Source: Candidatus Methylomirabilis oxygeniifera
Lineage (GTDB): Bacteria; Methylomirabilota; Methylomirabilia; Methylomirabilales; Methylomirabilaceae
Assembly: GCA_000091165.1 (NCBI GenBank)
Contig: FP565575.1
Span: 270,001 to 302,000 of the forward strand
Direction: 5' to 3'
Length of the DNA stretch: 32,000 nt
The notes below the pieces were generated by a model. That model was not told where the DNA came from. It made no database searches and worked only from the letters and a program-made list of their open reading frames with translations. Numbering within the stretch: the first letter of the stretch is position 1; each line of letters starts with the position of its first letter. A program made the position numbers and the translations under genes. Of this stretch, positions 1-9,059 are shown piece after piece.

Positions 1-759
1 GAGCGGATCGCGCAGTTCGACGCCGCGTTCGAGCCGCGGACCTATGAGGTTCCGCTTGCAGAGGCGATCCTGCGCCAGGCGCGACAGGTCATCCAGAATG
101 CCGGTTCTCTCCTGCTCCCGGATGGTTCAGGTCGTGATCGGGGTGCCCTGGTCAGGAACGGACAGCAGAGCTTTGAAGAGAACCACGGCCAGTACGATCG
201 GACGGAGGAGGTCTTTGCGCTGTGTGGGGCTGCGGTCCTCCTGCGGCGGACGATGCTGGACGACGTCGGGCTGCTTGATGACGAGTTCTTCATGTACTAT
301 GAGGACACCGATCTGGCATGGCGAGCCCGGCTCAGGGGGTGGAAGATTATGTATGCCCCGGGTGCGGTGGTGCGCCACGTCCATTGTGGGTCCAGCATCG
401 AATGGTCGCCCCTCTTTACCTTCCACGTGCTCCGCAATCGACTGGCCATGCTGCTGAAAGACGCCCCTGCCGGGATGGCGGCGAGGGAATGGAGACAATT
501 TCTGCTTTCCCTTCTGATACAGGGAATGAAGCTCTCCGCGCATTGCGCTCGGGGCGGCGGTCGCCGGGTGACCCCCCTGTGGCAGGACGTCGGCGTGAGA
601 GCCCGGGTCGCGCGATCGCTTATGATGTCCCTGCCAGGCCTCTACCGGAAACGCAGGACGATTCGTGGGGCGGCGCGGGTCGGGGACGAGGCGATCATGC
701 GATGGATATGCGATCCGGACAGGACCGTATATCCATCGAGAAGTAAAAAAATCACTTGA
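1..759 (+). CDS. Family 2 glycosyltransferase, C-terminal part (start lies outside the window)
   Basis: Frame 1 is open from base 1 to TGA at 757-759. It contains FALCGAAVLLRRTMLDDVGLLDDEFFMYYEDTDLAWRARLRGWKIMYAPGAVVRHVH, a typical rhamnosyltransferase-like GT2 motif. Confidence 0.88.
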   Translation, partial: ERIAQFDAAFEPRTYEVPLAEAILRQARQVIQNAGSLLLPDGSGRDRGALVRNGQQSFEENHGQYDRTEEVFALCGAAVLLRRTMLDDVGLLDDEFFMYYEDTDLAWRARLRGWKIMYAPGAVVRHVHCGSSIEWSPLFTFHVLRNRLAMLLKDAPAGMAAREWRQFLLSLLIQGMKLSAHCARGGGRRVTPLWQDVGVRARVARSLMMSLPGLYRKRRTIRGAARVGDEAIMRWICDPDRTVYPSRSKKIT

Positions 760-784
760 CAGGTGTGAAATGCCATGATAGGAA
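756..784 (+). promoter_or_regulatory. Possible sigma70-like promoter for the 892..1791 gene
   Basis: TTGACA (756-761), 17-nt spacer, TAGGAA (779-784). The -10 is weak and is judged by eye. Confidence 0.3.
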
Positions 785-891
785 AACGCTACTAAGAAAG
801 TGGCGTGCAGGCTGCTGTAGGGCACTGAGACGGTATGTGCATTGGCGATGCTGCATGAGAGGCTATGGCTGCCGGGGAGAGGAGGACGAGT

Positions 892-1791
892 ATGATCCGT
901 TATAAGGGCGCGAAACGGTGGTTCCTACAAGGGTGCCTTACAGCGTCTTTGCTCCTCACGGTCATGGTGCGACCGGGTACGGCGGTGATGCAGTCGGATA
1001 TCCACATCTCGGACAATGGAACCGTGTATTGGGCGCAGCGCAACGACGGTTCTTCCGGGAAGGTGCGGGTGACCACCGTCGGTCTTGGGGCCAGCACCGG
1101 CGCGATCAATACGAGCGCAGCGCTGGCGCAGGATGGGACGCTGACCGCCAGCGGAACGGTGAATCCGTTGTTTGCGCTTGGCAATGTGCGGCGGACCGGA
1201 ATCTTTGCGTGCACCATTCCGGGAACGTTCGATCCGTCCGCTAATTCAGGGAATGGATCGTGGAATGTGGGTGGATCTGTGATCAACGGCTTTAGTGATG
1301 TGCCAAACCTGACCGATCTCTCCAACAACTTGGGTGGGGTTCCATCCGCTCAAACCGGAGTGAATCAGTTCGGATTCAACACTGCCACCCCAACGACCTC
1401 TATCGCAAAGGGTGCCCCAACCCCTTCTGACGGGTTTACGCTGAACACCGGTGAATGCGTGATCTACGTCCTCAATAGTGCATCTTTGCTCACCCCGGGG
1501 ACCACGCTGACCGGTGCAGGCGCGTCTGCCGGATTCATGGATAACTTCATTACCGGGACCGTGCAGTTGACGACCGGGAAGACGGATACTGTGGCGAAGT
1601 TCCTTCCCACCACCACCACGACGACGACTACGACGACGACGACTACGACGACGACCACCACGACCACCACGACGACGACAATCCCCCCGCCGACGATTCC
1701 AACGACTGGAGAGTGGGGGATGATGATTTTCGGGGCGGCGCTGCTCGGATTTATGGCCTGGATGACCCAAGCCAGGCGGTCGATTAAGTAG
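892..1791 (+). CDS. Secreted or membrane-anchored surface protein with Thr-rich stalk and IPTL-CTERM-like sorting tail
   Basis: ATG 892 follows the Shine-Dalgarno-like gagaggagg. N-terminal signal-like hydrophobic segment. Poly-Thr tract, then IPPPTIPTTGEWGMMIFGAALLGFMAWMTQARRSIK. Confidence 0.85.
   Translation: MIRYKGAKRWFLQGCLTASLLLTVMVRPGTAVMQSDIHISDNGTVYWAQRNDGSSGKVRVTTVGLGASTGAINTSAALAQDGTLTASGTVNPLFALGNVRRTGIFACTIPGTFDPSANSGNGSWNVGGSVINGFSDVPNLTDLSNNLGGVPSAQTGVNQFGFNTATPTTSIAKGAPTPSDGFTLNTGECVIYVLNSASLLTPGTTLTGAGASAGFMDNFITGTVQLTTGKTDTVAKFLPTTTTTTTTTTTTTTTTTTTTTTTTIPPPTIPTTGEWGMMIFGAALLGFMAWMTQARRSIK
1609..1680 (+). repeat. ACN trinucleotide run encoding 24 consecutive Thr codons
   Basis: Continuous acc/acg/act/aca codons from 1609 to 1680, immediately before the IPPPTIPTTGEWG tail. 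Confidence 0.95.
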
Positions 1792-1820
1792 CCATCGCAA
1801 CGGACTATTCGATCGGTATG

Positions 1821-1850
1821 AAAAAGCGGGGCGATACGCCCCGCTTTTTC
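1821..1850 (+). terminator. Rho-independent terminator
   Basis: aaaaagcggggcgatacgccccgctttttc: GC stem gcgggg/ccccgc flanked by A and T runs. Confidence 0.85.
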
Positions 1851-1851
1851 T

Positions 1852-4023
1852 TTGTCAACCGTTCTTGATCTCCACAGTCCCATTCCGCCTATGGTAGCGT
1901 CAACCGATGAACCGGAGATGGACACACGCCGTGGACGGATCGAGGTTATCAGTACCGCTGTTGTCCTCGCCCTGATCTACGGAGTACTCCTTTGGCAGTT
2001 CCCGCCCTCGCTTCTCCTGCTGCCGACGATCACAGCCGGCGGCGACACACTCTTTCACTATGTGACGGCTGCCTACCTCAGGGATCATCTGTTGGCGCAT
2101 GGCCGGATTGTGGGCTGGATGCCCGGTAATCTGGCCGGTTTTCCGCTGTTCCTCTTTTACTTTCCGCTGGCCTTCCTCGCCGTTTGCGGGCTGAGCCTTA
2201 TCGCTCCATTCCCGGTTGCGTTTAAACTGGGGACCGTTGCCGGGACCTTCGCGCTTCCGTTGGCTTCGTACGTGGCCCTCCGCTGGATCGGTCTGGCTTA
2301 CCCGACGCCTGCTATCGGAGCGCTATTCACGCTCTGTTTCCTCTTCATCGAGAGCAACACCATGTGGGGCGGCAATATCCCCAGCACACTGGCGGGAGAG
2401 TTCGCTTACAGCTTCTCCCTTCCCCTGCTGGTCCTCTTCCTCGGCGCCCTGTACCGGGGCGTGGAGAAGCGGCGGCACGCATGGTTGGGCGCGGGACTGC
2501 TCGCGCTGGTGGGTTTCAGCCACGGTTACACCCTGGTCATGGCGGCGGGGGCGGGGCTGTTCTTCCTCGTGTTCAATCGCGATATGTGGGCGACGCTCTG
2601 GTACCTCTTGCGGGTCTATGGGATCGGGGGGCTGCTGCTGGGTTTCTGGATCCTGCCGCTGGTCATGTCTTTGCCCTACACCTCCGGATGGCCCATCAGT
2701 TGGCAATTTACCTCGTTGCTTGAGCCGCTCCCGATCATCCTTTGGCCGATCGTCGCCGCCGCGATTGTCACGATCGCCGCCGCGTTCCGGCGACCGAAGC
2801 GTCCCGCGTCGAACCAGGGCCAGGAATGGATGAGCAAGGTCCATTACCTGAGCTTTCCGGTCGCGCTTGGGATCCTGCTGTTTTCGTTGGCCGCCCGCCT
2901 CAATCTGGTAGACATCCGATTCCTTTCGATCGCCCAGTTCTTCATCACGCTGGTCGCGGCCGCCGGATTCGGAAAAGCCTGGCCGCGTCTCGCGCCCCGT
3001 CTCCGGGCGATCGCCCTGGTAGTCCTCGCCCTCATCACTATCCTGTGGGCGCTCTCTCAGCAATCCTACAGCCGTGACTGGATTGTCTCAAACTATCGCG
3101 GGATGGAGTCGGCTCCGCTGTGGAAGCAATACCGGGTTCTGAACGAGGTGCTGAAGGGAGGGCCCCAGGATCCGCGGATCATGTATGAGCATTCCGGGAA
3201 GCACGAAGGCGCCGGTACCGTCCGCGCCTTCGAGGCCCTCCCGCTGTTTTCCGGCCGGTCCACGCTCGAAGGGGCGTACATGCAGTCCTCGCTGAGCGCG
3301 CCGTTCATCTTTGATCTCCAGTCAGAGCTGACGCCGACGCCATCGTGCCCCTTTCCGCAGTATCGGTGCAGCCGTTTCGATCCCGATCGGGCTGTTCGCC
3401 ATCTGGTCCTCTTCAACGTGAAGGGGTTCATCGCCGTCTCGTCGGAGGTCAAGGCGGCCCTGGATGCCCATCCGGCCTTCCGGCGGGCATTGAATGTTGA
3501 GCCGTACGCGATCTATGAGGTTCTTCCAGGTAATGGGCGGTATGTCGTCCCGCTCTCGTTCCAGCCGACCGTCTCCGGTGCGAAGGACTGGAAACGTCTG
3601 GCCTATGACTGGTTCCAGCGACCGGAATGGGCGGAAGTTCCACTGATTTTCCCACAAGGCGATGAGCCGCCACCCACGGATGCGGTTGCCTTCCATGGGC
3701 TGGAGCAGGGACCGGTCAAAGTCCCGTTGGCCGATGCCTGCCATGTTGAGGAGACGGTCCTTGAGCAGGAGATTCGCTTCCAGACCGATTGCCCGGGCCG
3801 GCCGCATCTGGTCAAGGTGTCCTATCATCCCAAGTGGAGGGCGGAGGGCGCCGATCGGATTTACCTGACGTCGCCGGCCTTTATGGTGGTCTATCCTGCG
3901 GACAAGCAGGTCAGGCTGGCGTTCGGCGACCGTTGGCCCGATACGCTTGGTTGGATTGCGACGGCGTTGGGTCTGCTGTGGCTGCTCGCAGAGGCAAGGA
4001 CGGCAGCCCCGCGACGCCGCTGA
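1852..4023 (+). CDS. Large multi-pass membrane protein, YfhO/6-pyruvoyl-tetrahydropterin-synthase-related (GT-C-like) type
   Basis: 723-aa ORF with many TM stretches and an early luminal acidic motif GGDTLFHYVTAAYLRDH. Start is uncertain: TTG 1852, ATG 1891 or ATG 1919. Confidence 0.8.
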   Translation: MSTVLDLHSPIPPMVASTDEPEMDTRRGRIEVISTAVVLALIYGVLLWQFPPSLLLLPTITAGGDTLFHYVTAAYLRDHLLAHGRIVGWMPGNLAGFPLFLFYFPLAFLAVCGLSLIAPFPVAFKLGTVAGTFALPLASYVALRWIGLAYPTPAIGALFTLCFLFIESNTMWGGNIPSTLAGEFAYSFSLPLLVLFLGALYRGVEKRRHAWLGAGLLALVGFSHGYTLVMAAGAGLFFLVFNRDMWATLWYLLRVYGIGGLLLGFWILPLVMSLPYTSGWPISWQFTSLLEPLPIILWPIVAAAIVTIAAAFRRPKRPASNQGQEWMSKVHYLSFPVALGILLFSLAARLNLVDIRFLSIAQFFITLVAAAGFGKAWPRLAPRLRAIALVVLALITILWALSQQSYSRDWIVSNYRGMESAPLWKQYRVLNEVLKGGPQDPRIMYEHSGKHEGAGTVRAFEALPLFSGRSTLEGAYMQSSLSAPFIFDLQSELTPTPSCPFPQYRCSRFDPDRAVRHLVLFNVKGFIAVSSEVKAALDAHPAFRRALNVEPYAIYEVLPGNGRYVVPLSFQPTVSGAKDWKRLAYDWFQRPEWAEVPLIFPQGDEPPPTDAVAFHGLEQGPVKVPLADACHVEETVLEQEIRFQTDCPGRPHLVKVSYHPKWRAEGADRIYLTSPAFMVVYPADKQVRLAFGDRWPDTLGWIATALGLLWLLAEARTAAPRRR

Positions 4024-4049
4024 ATCCAGTCAGGGGTTAGCCGGACATG

Positions 4050-4310
4050 TGGTCCCCCCCTTCGCTAAATAGGGAGACGAAAGCGGCACATGCGTGTCGT
4101 CCCCCTGGCTTGCTCAAGGGGGGAGGGGAGAGAAAACCCCCTTGTATCCCCCTTTACGAAAGGGGGAGGAGAAGAGGTGGCCTTTGCCAAAGTGGGAGAA
4201 GGTGTGGAGGTAGCTTTTGCCAAAGAGGGAGAAGGTGTGGAGGTAGCTTTTGCCAAAGAGGGAGGAGATCCAGCGTATGGTCCCCCCCTTTGGAAAAGGG
4301 GGGCTAGGGG
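4050..4310. repeat. Cluster of C-run/G-run palindromic intergenic repeats
   Basis: Repeated units such as tccccctttacgaaaggggga and ccccccctttggaaaaggggggc. The same family occurs at 9845..9966 and 31032..31090. Confidence 0.85.
4177..4260. repeat. 33-bp direct tandem repeat, about 2.6 units
   Basis: gtggcctttgccaaagtgggagaaggtgtggag / gtagcttttgccaaagagggagaaggtgtggag / gtagcttttgccaaagag. Confidence 0.9.
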
Positions 4311-4645
4311 GGTTTTCCCTTCGGCAACGCAGGAGAAAGAGTGTGCATATCTGTCGCAGACAGGTTCAGCCGCGCTAATTCCGGAAGAACCACGTCATCT
4401 CGTCTCTTTCCTATTCCCCTATTTCTCTTGACACCGGAAGATGGACTGTGATATTGACTGTTGAATTGTAGATTGTCGATTCGCGTTCTGCCGCACATTG
4501 GCAGCGTCGCGGTTACGGTGAAGATGTTCTCATGATCAGGATCTTTATCTTTGGCTGACAGATTGTAGACGCAGCGTCACGGCCCCCGGTTGTGGCCGCC
4601 CTCAGGAAGGGGCTGCCGACCCGTGGGCAGAAGGGAGGGGCTTGT

Positions 4646-5683
4646 ATGCGCGCACGATACCGGGGCATGGTCCTCGCCGGCCTACTCGCGACGGCCGTTC
4701 TGATCCTGCCCACACCCGGCCTGGCAGCCGATACCTGCAGTCTCTCCGGCGTGTATCCCTTCAGCACCTTCGCCGATCCCGGGAGCGCGACCCAGGCCCT
4801 CGGGACGATGACCTTTACCACGGGCAGCTCGTGCAGCGTTCCGGGCACAGTGGCGATCGTGGGGTCCTACAAATCGGTCGGCGGGGTGGAGACCCTCTTC
4901 AGCGTCAGCGGCACGTACTCGGTGGACAGCACCGGACGCATGACGACGACGATTGCGGGGGATATCAACATCTGGGGGCAAGTCGCCCTGCAGGGGAGCC
5001 CCCCGGCCCGCAGCTTCCCATTCGTAGGCGCCTTCACCGGTAACCTGATCCTAGCCGGGGTGGCGGTAAGAGAGAACCTGGAACTCGCGACCGGACCGGC
5101 AGGCGCGGCAGGCGCGACAGGACCGGCAGGCGCAACGGGCGCTGCGGGAACGGCAGGCGCGGCGGGGGCGAGAGGCGCGACCGGACCGACAGGACCGGGA
5201 GGAGGCGCGACCGGCCCGACAGGACCGGCAGGCGCAACGGGCGCTGCGGGAACGGCAGGTGCGGCAGGCGCGACCGGGCCGACCGGCGCGACCGGCGCGG
5301 CAGGGCCGGTCAGGTCGAGCGTCCTGACCGGCGGGAACGCTGGGCTTGCCAATTTTCTTGCTCTGTCGTATATGGGTCCGAGAAATGGGACAGATAGTGC
5401 GACACGTGCGAACGTCGAGGTTCCTATGCCTCTGGGCTCGGCAAGCGGCTTCAGTGTGAATCTAAAAACTCCCCCTGGTGCCGGGACGTCGCGTAAGTTC
5501 ACCGTTTTGAGGAGTGCGACTCCTACACTCACCTGTACGATCGCTGGTACCGGCACGACATGTTCGGCCGCAGGGTCTCAGGCGTTCAGCTCTGATGATA
5601 TGCTGGCAGTAGAGCACTCAGCCTCCACCAGTGCTCCTGCCCCGTCACCAGGATCCTGGTCCCTGCTGTATGCGGTGCCATAA
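4646..5683 (+). CDS. Secreted collagen-like (G-X-Y repeat) protein, copy A
   Basis: ATG 4646 after gaagggagggg. Signal peptide [28 protein letters not shown]. Triplet repeats [16 protein letters not shown]..., then a C-terminal globular domain. Confidence 0.88.
   Translation: MRARYRGMVLAGLLATAVLILPTPGLAADTCSLSGVYPFSTFADPGSATQALGTMTFTTGSSCSVPGTVAIVGSYKSVGGVETLFSVSGTYSVDSTGRMTTTIAGDINIWGQVALQGSPPARSFPFVGAFTGNLILAGVAVRENLELATGPAGAAGATGPAGATGAAGTAGAAGARGATGPTGPGGGATGPTGPAGATGAAGTAGAAGATGPTGATGAAGPVRSSVLTGGNAGLANFLALSYMGPRNGTDSATRANVEVPMPLGSASGFSVNLKTPPGAGTSRKFTVLRSATPTLTCTIAGTGTTCSAAGSQAFSSDDMLAVEHSASTSAPAPSPGSWSLLYAVP
5093..5311 (+). repeat. Collagen-like G-X-Y coding repeat, copy A
   Basis: About 73 residues of [12 protein letters not shown] triplets with one single-G phase interruption. 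Confidence 0.85.
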
Positions 5684-5700
5684 ATATCTCTACACGTTCA

Positions 5701-5735
5701 ACCCCCTGGTCGTCGGACCAGGCGGGGTCTTTTTG
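5701..5735 (+). terminator. Rho-independent terminator after collagen-like copy A
   Basis: ccccctggtc gtcg gaccaggcgggg tcttttt: stem with a one-base bulge and a T run. Confidence 0.75.
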
Positions 5736-5831
5736 GCTGATAGATCGAAGGCGTAGTTTCACGGTCCTCGGTTGTTGCCGCCCTCGCGAAGAAAGGGTCG
5801 CCAAACCGTGGGACGACAAGGAGGATCGAGT

Positions 5832-6866
5832 ATGCGCGCACGATACCGAGGCATGGGCCTTGCCGGTCTGCTCACCGCGGCCGTTCTGATCCTGCCCACA
5901 CCCGGCCGGGCAGCCGATACCTGCAGTCTCTCCGGCGTGTATCCCTTCAGCACCTTCGCCGATCCCGGGAGCGCGACCCAGGCCCTCGGGACGATGACCT
6001 TTACCACGGGCAGCTCGTGCAGCGTTCCGGGCACAGTGGCGATCGTGGGGTCCTACAAATCGGTCGGCGGGGTGGAGACCCTCTTCAGCGTCAGCGGCAC
6101 GTACTCGGTGGACAGCACCGGACGCATGACGACGACGATTGCAGGAGATATCAACATTTGGGGGCAAGTCGCCCTGCAGGGGAGCCCGGCCCGTCTCCTG
6201 CCATTCGTTGGGGCCTTCACCGGTGACCTGATCCTGGCCGGGGTGGCGGTGAGCGAGAATCTGAACCTCGCTGCCGGACCGACCGGTCCGACCGGACCGA
6301 CCGGACCCGCCGGCGCGACCGGACCCGCCGGCGCGGCAGGCGCGACCGGGGCGACCGGCGCGACCGGGGCATCAGGAGGCGCGACAGGTCCGACCGGACC
6401 GGCAGGCTCGGCAGGCGCGACCGGCGCGACAGGCGCGGCGGGTCCGACCGGAGCGACCGGCGCGACAGGTGCGGCAGGGCCGAGCGTGGCGAGTGTCCTG
6501 ACCGGCGGATCGGCTGGAGAGGATCTTGCCATTCCTGGTGCTAAGTCATATATGGGTCCGGGAAACGGGCGAGATAATGCGACACTGACTAATGTTGAGG
6601 TCCCTATGCCTGCGGGCACTGCAAGCGCCTTACGTGTCAAGCTGAAAACTGCCCCTGGGGCCGGGAATTCGCGTAAGTTCACCGTCTTGCGTAGTGGGAA
6701 TACCAGTGCGCTCACCTGTACGATCGCTGATACTGGAACTGACTGTTCGATTCTCGCAGGGTCTCAGGCCTTTACTAGTTTGGAGAGGCTGGCGGTAGAG
6801 CACTCAGCCTTTGGGGCCGCCCTGTCACCAGGATCATGGTCTCTGCTGTATACGGTGACGCCGTAG
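5832..6866 (+). CDS. Secreted collagen-like (G-X-Y repeat) protein, copy B
   Basis: ATG 5832 after acaaggagg. Same signal peptide and N-domain as copy [20 protein letters not shown]... repeats and a homologous C-terminal domain. Confidence 0.88.
   Translation: MRARYRGMGLAGLLTAAVLILPTPGRAADTCSLSGVYPFSTFADPGSATQALGTMTFTTGSSCSVPGTVAIVGSYKSVGGVETLFSVSGTYSVDSTGRMTTTIAGDINIWGQVALQGSPARLLPFVGAFTGDLILAGVAVSENLNLAAGPTGPTGPTGPAGATGPAGAAGATGATGATGASGGATGPTGPAGSAGATGATGAAGPTGATGATGAAGPSVASVLTGGSAGEDLAIPGAKSYMGPGNGRDNATLTNVEVPMPAGTASALRVKLKTAPGAGNSRKFTVLRSGNTSALTCTIADTGTDCSILAGSQAFTSLERLAVEHSAFGAALSPGSWSLLYTVTP
6276..6484 (+). repeat. Collagen-like G-X-Y coding repeat, copy B
   Basis: About 70 residues of G-X-Y triplets with a single-G interruption ([13 protein letters not shown]). 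Confidence 0.85.
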
Positions 6867-6890
6867 CTATAACCATCTCTACACACACAA

Positions 6891-6922
6891 CCCCCCTGGT
6901 CGCCTGACCAGGGGGGTTTTTT
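6891..6922 (+). terminator. Rho-independent terminator after collagen-like copy B
   Basis: Perfect 11-bp stem ccccctggtc-type: cccccctggtc gcct gaccagggggg followed by tttttt. Confidence 0.95.
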
Positions 6923-6930
6923 GTCCGCCT

Positions 6931-8889
6931 GTGTCTGATCGTCTGTTGTCATTCCGATCGCACCCGGTGGCGGTCTGTCTGGCGATCGTGGGGCTGGCCG
7001 GACTTCTGTACGCCGGTTCGCTGCTCAACGGCTTTGCCTTCGACGACCATCTCCTGGTCGAGACCAATCTCCAGTTTCGCTCGATCGAGGGGCTTACGCA
7101 GTTATTCAGGTCCGGCGGGTGGCTGACGTATCGCCCAATCCGCACCGCCTCGTACGCGATCGACTATGCCCTGTTCGGGCTCAATCCCTCCGGTTTCCGG
7201 GCGTTCAACATCCTCTACCACGCCCTGAACGGGGTCCTGGTCTTCACCGTGCTGCGGACGATCCTGGGGGTGACCCGCCCCGCCTTTCTCACGGCGCTGC
7301 TCTTCATCGTCCATCCTGTCCAGACCGAGTCGGTCGCCTACATATCCGGCCGGCGGGACATCCTGTTCACCCTGTTCTATCTGACAGGGTTCTATGGATT
7401 CGTCCGATACCGGGCGACCGGCAGGGGACGGTGGCTGTACCTGACGGGGATCTCGTACTATCTCGGCCTTCTTTCGAAGGAGATGGCGATTACCCTCCCG
7501 CTCCTCTGTCTTGCGTACGATCTGGTCCGTTCGATGCCCGAGGGCGGGGAGGGAGACCGGCGATCGTGGCGGGCCCTCAGGGAGGCGGGGCTGCGGCTCT
7601 GGCGGGATCATCGTCGTCTGTACCTGGTCATCGGGGCGATCTTTTCCGCGACGGCCTATTACTTTGTGGCGCTCTTTCGCGTCACGCAACGGTTTGATCT
7701 GTGGGGCGACGGACTGTGGCCGACCGTGCTGACCAGCGTCACGATCATGGGCCACTATCTGACACTGCTGCTCTGGCCCGTGACCCTGAACGTGGATTAC
7801 TCGTTCAACGCCTTTCCGGTGCCGGAGACCCTCCTGGACGGCCGGGTCCTGATGGCGATTGCCGCGGTGGGCGGGAGCTGGTGGGCGATCTGGAGGGGCC
7901 TGGCGAACCATCGGTGGGCGGCATTCGGGGGTCTCTGGTTCTTTACGACACTGCTGCCGGTCGCCCAGATCATCCCCCATGATGAGATCGTGGCCGAGCA
8001 CTATCTGTACCTGCCGTCGATCGGCGTCTGTCTGGCAGCCGCCATGCTGGCGGAGGGGCTGCCAGAGCGTATCCGGCAGCGCCGGGCTGTCACGGCAGTC
8101 TTCGGGCTCGTGGTGGTTCTGCTCGGATTCAGGACGGTCATCCGCACCCGCGATTGGAAGGACGACCTGACACTTTGGACCAGGACGGTCGAGACCGCCC
8201 CGGCATCCGCGAGGGCGCGCCGAAACCTGGGTCGGCTGTATATGATTCGGGGGCGTCATCAGGAGGCCGCCCAGGAGTTCCGGGAGGCCCTCCGGATCGC
8301 GCCGAACGATGCGCCGACCTGGAACAACCTGGGCGCGATGCTGCTTGAGCTGGGGAACCTCGACGGGGCGGAACAGGCCTTCACCGGAGCGCTTCGCCTG
8401 AACACCCTGCCGCTTGATGTCAGGATCAACCTGGGAATCGTCTCCCTCAGGCGCGGGCGGACGGCGCAGGCCGAGGCGTACTTTCTCGCGGCCCTGGCGT
8501 CGTCGCAACTGCCGCCGTCGCAGCGGGCGCAGGCGCTGAACAACCTGGGCATGGTGCGCGCCACGCAGGGGCGGTCGGCTGAGGCCGAGCAGGCCTTCAA
8601 AGAGGCGGTCGCGCTTGCGCCCGGCGATGCCGATGCCAGGCGAAACCTGGGATTGGCCTATCTCGAGAAAGGGCAGATGCAAGCGGGGATTGCGGAGCTG
8701 GAGGAGGCCGTCCGGTATAAGGCCGCAGACCCGACGCTTCATCACCTGCTTGGGGAGGTCTATCATATGCAGGGGCAGCAGGATCGGGCCGTGGCCTCTC
8801 TGAGAAAGGCGCTGAGCCTGAAGGGCGACCTGGCGGAGGCGCGAGAGTTGCTGGATTCGATTCTCCGCTCTTCCCCAACGACTCCATGA
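6931..8889 (+). CDS. TMTC/DUF1736-like membrane protein with C-terminal TPR repeats (candidate GT-C glycosyltransferase)
   Basis: N-terminal GLLYAGSLLNGFAFDDHLLVETN (acidic DD motif after TM1), about 10 TM stretches, then repeated TPR units such as ARRNLGRLYMIRGRHQEAAQEFREALRIAPNDAPTWNNLG. GTG start at 6931; a different start cannot be excluded. Confidence 0.85.
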   Translation: MSDRLLSFRSHPVAVCLAIVGLAGLLYAGSLLNGFAFDDHLLVETNLQFRSIEGLTQLFRSGGWLTYRPIRTASYAIDYALFGLNPSGFRAFNILYHALNGVLVFTVLRTILGVTRPAFLTALLFIVHPVQTESVAYISGRRDILFTLFYLTGFYGFVRYRATGRGRWLYLTGISYYLGLLSKEMAITLPLLCLAYDLVRSMPEGGEGDRRSWRALREAGLRLWRDHRRLYLVIGAIFSATAYYFVALFRVTQRFDLWGDGLWPTVLTSVTIMGHYLTLLLWPVTLNVDYSFNAFPVPETLLDGRVLMAIAAVGGSWWAIWRGLANHRWAAFGGLWFFTTLLPVAQIIPHDEIVAEHYLYLPSIGVCLAAAMLAEGLPERIRQRRAVTAVFGLVVVLLGFRTVIRTRDWKDDLTLWTRTVETAPASARARRNLGRLYMIRGRHQEAAQEFREALRIAPNDAPTWNNLGAMLLELGNLDGAEQAFTGALRLNTLPLDVRINLGIVSLRRGRTAQAEAYFLAALASSQLPPSQRAQALNNLGMVRATQGRSAEAEQAFKEAVALAPGDADARRNLGLAYLEKGQMQAGIAELEEAVRYKAADPTLHHLLGEVYHMQGQQDRAVASLRKALSLKGDLAEARELLDSILRSSPTTP

Positions 8890-9059
8890 CATCGACTTTG
8901 CTGTTGACAGTCTGATAGAGGTCGTGGTATCTGCCGATCCGAGATGCGTGGCGACCGGCGGTGTTGCGCGCAGGCCGTCAGGCTGCGAACACCGTTCGGT
9001 ACGGTGAAAGTCTTCCGGCGGTCAGCACCGGCGGCTCGTATATCATGGAGACGGTGTAG

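Noticed and set aside
1609-1680. Possible CRISPR-like or microsatellite array
   Set aside because: It is a coding poly-Thr run with no spacer/repeat structure, in frame within a secreted protein.
2323-3063. 246-aa minus-strand ORF
   Set aside because: Antisense to the large membrane protein gene; composition matches antisense noise.
4090-4431. 113-aa plus ORF, and 4047..4307 with repeated RRCGGSFCQRG / EVAFAKEGEGV
   Set aside because: The periodic peptide comes from the 33-bp non-coding tandem repeat (a multiple of 3), with no start context or domain.
4867-5556. 229-aa minus-strand ORF rich in PVAPAAPVG
   Set aside because: Mirror translation of the collagen-like repeat. The plus strand has the signal peptide, RBS and terminator. 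The same applies to 6053..6715.
7102-8892. 596-aa minus-strand ORF antisense to the TMTC/TPR gene
   Set aside because: It exactly shadows a strongly supported plus-strand gene. The translation is low-complexity, rich in R/Q/P/G, with no domain signature; typical of high-GC antisense frames.
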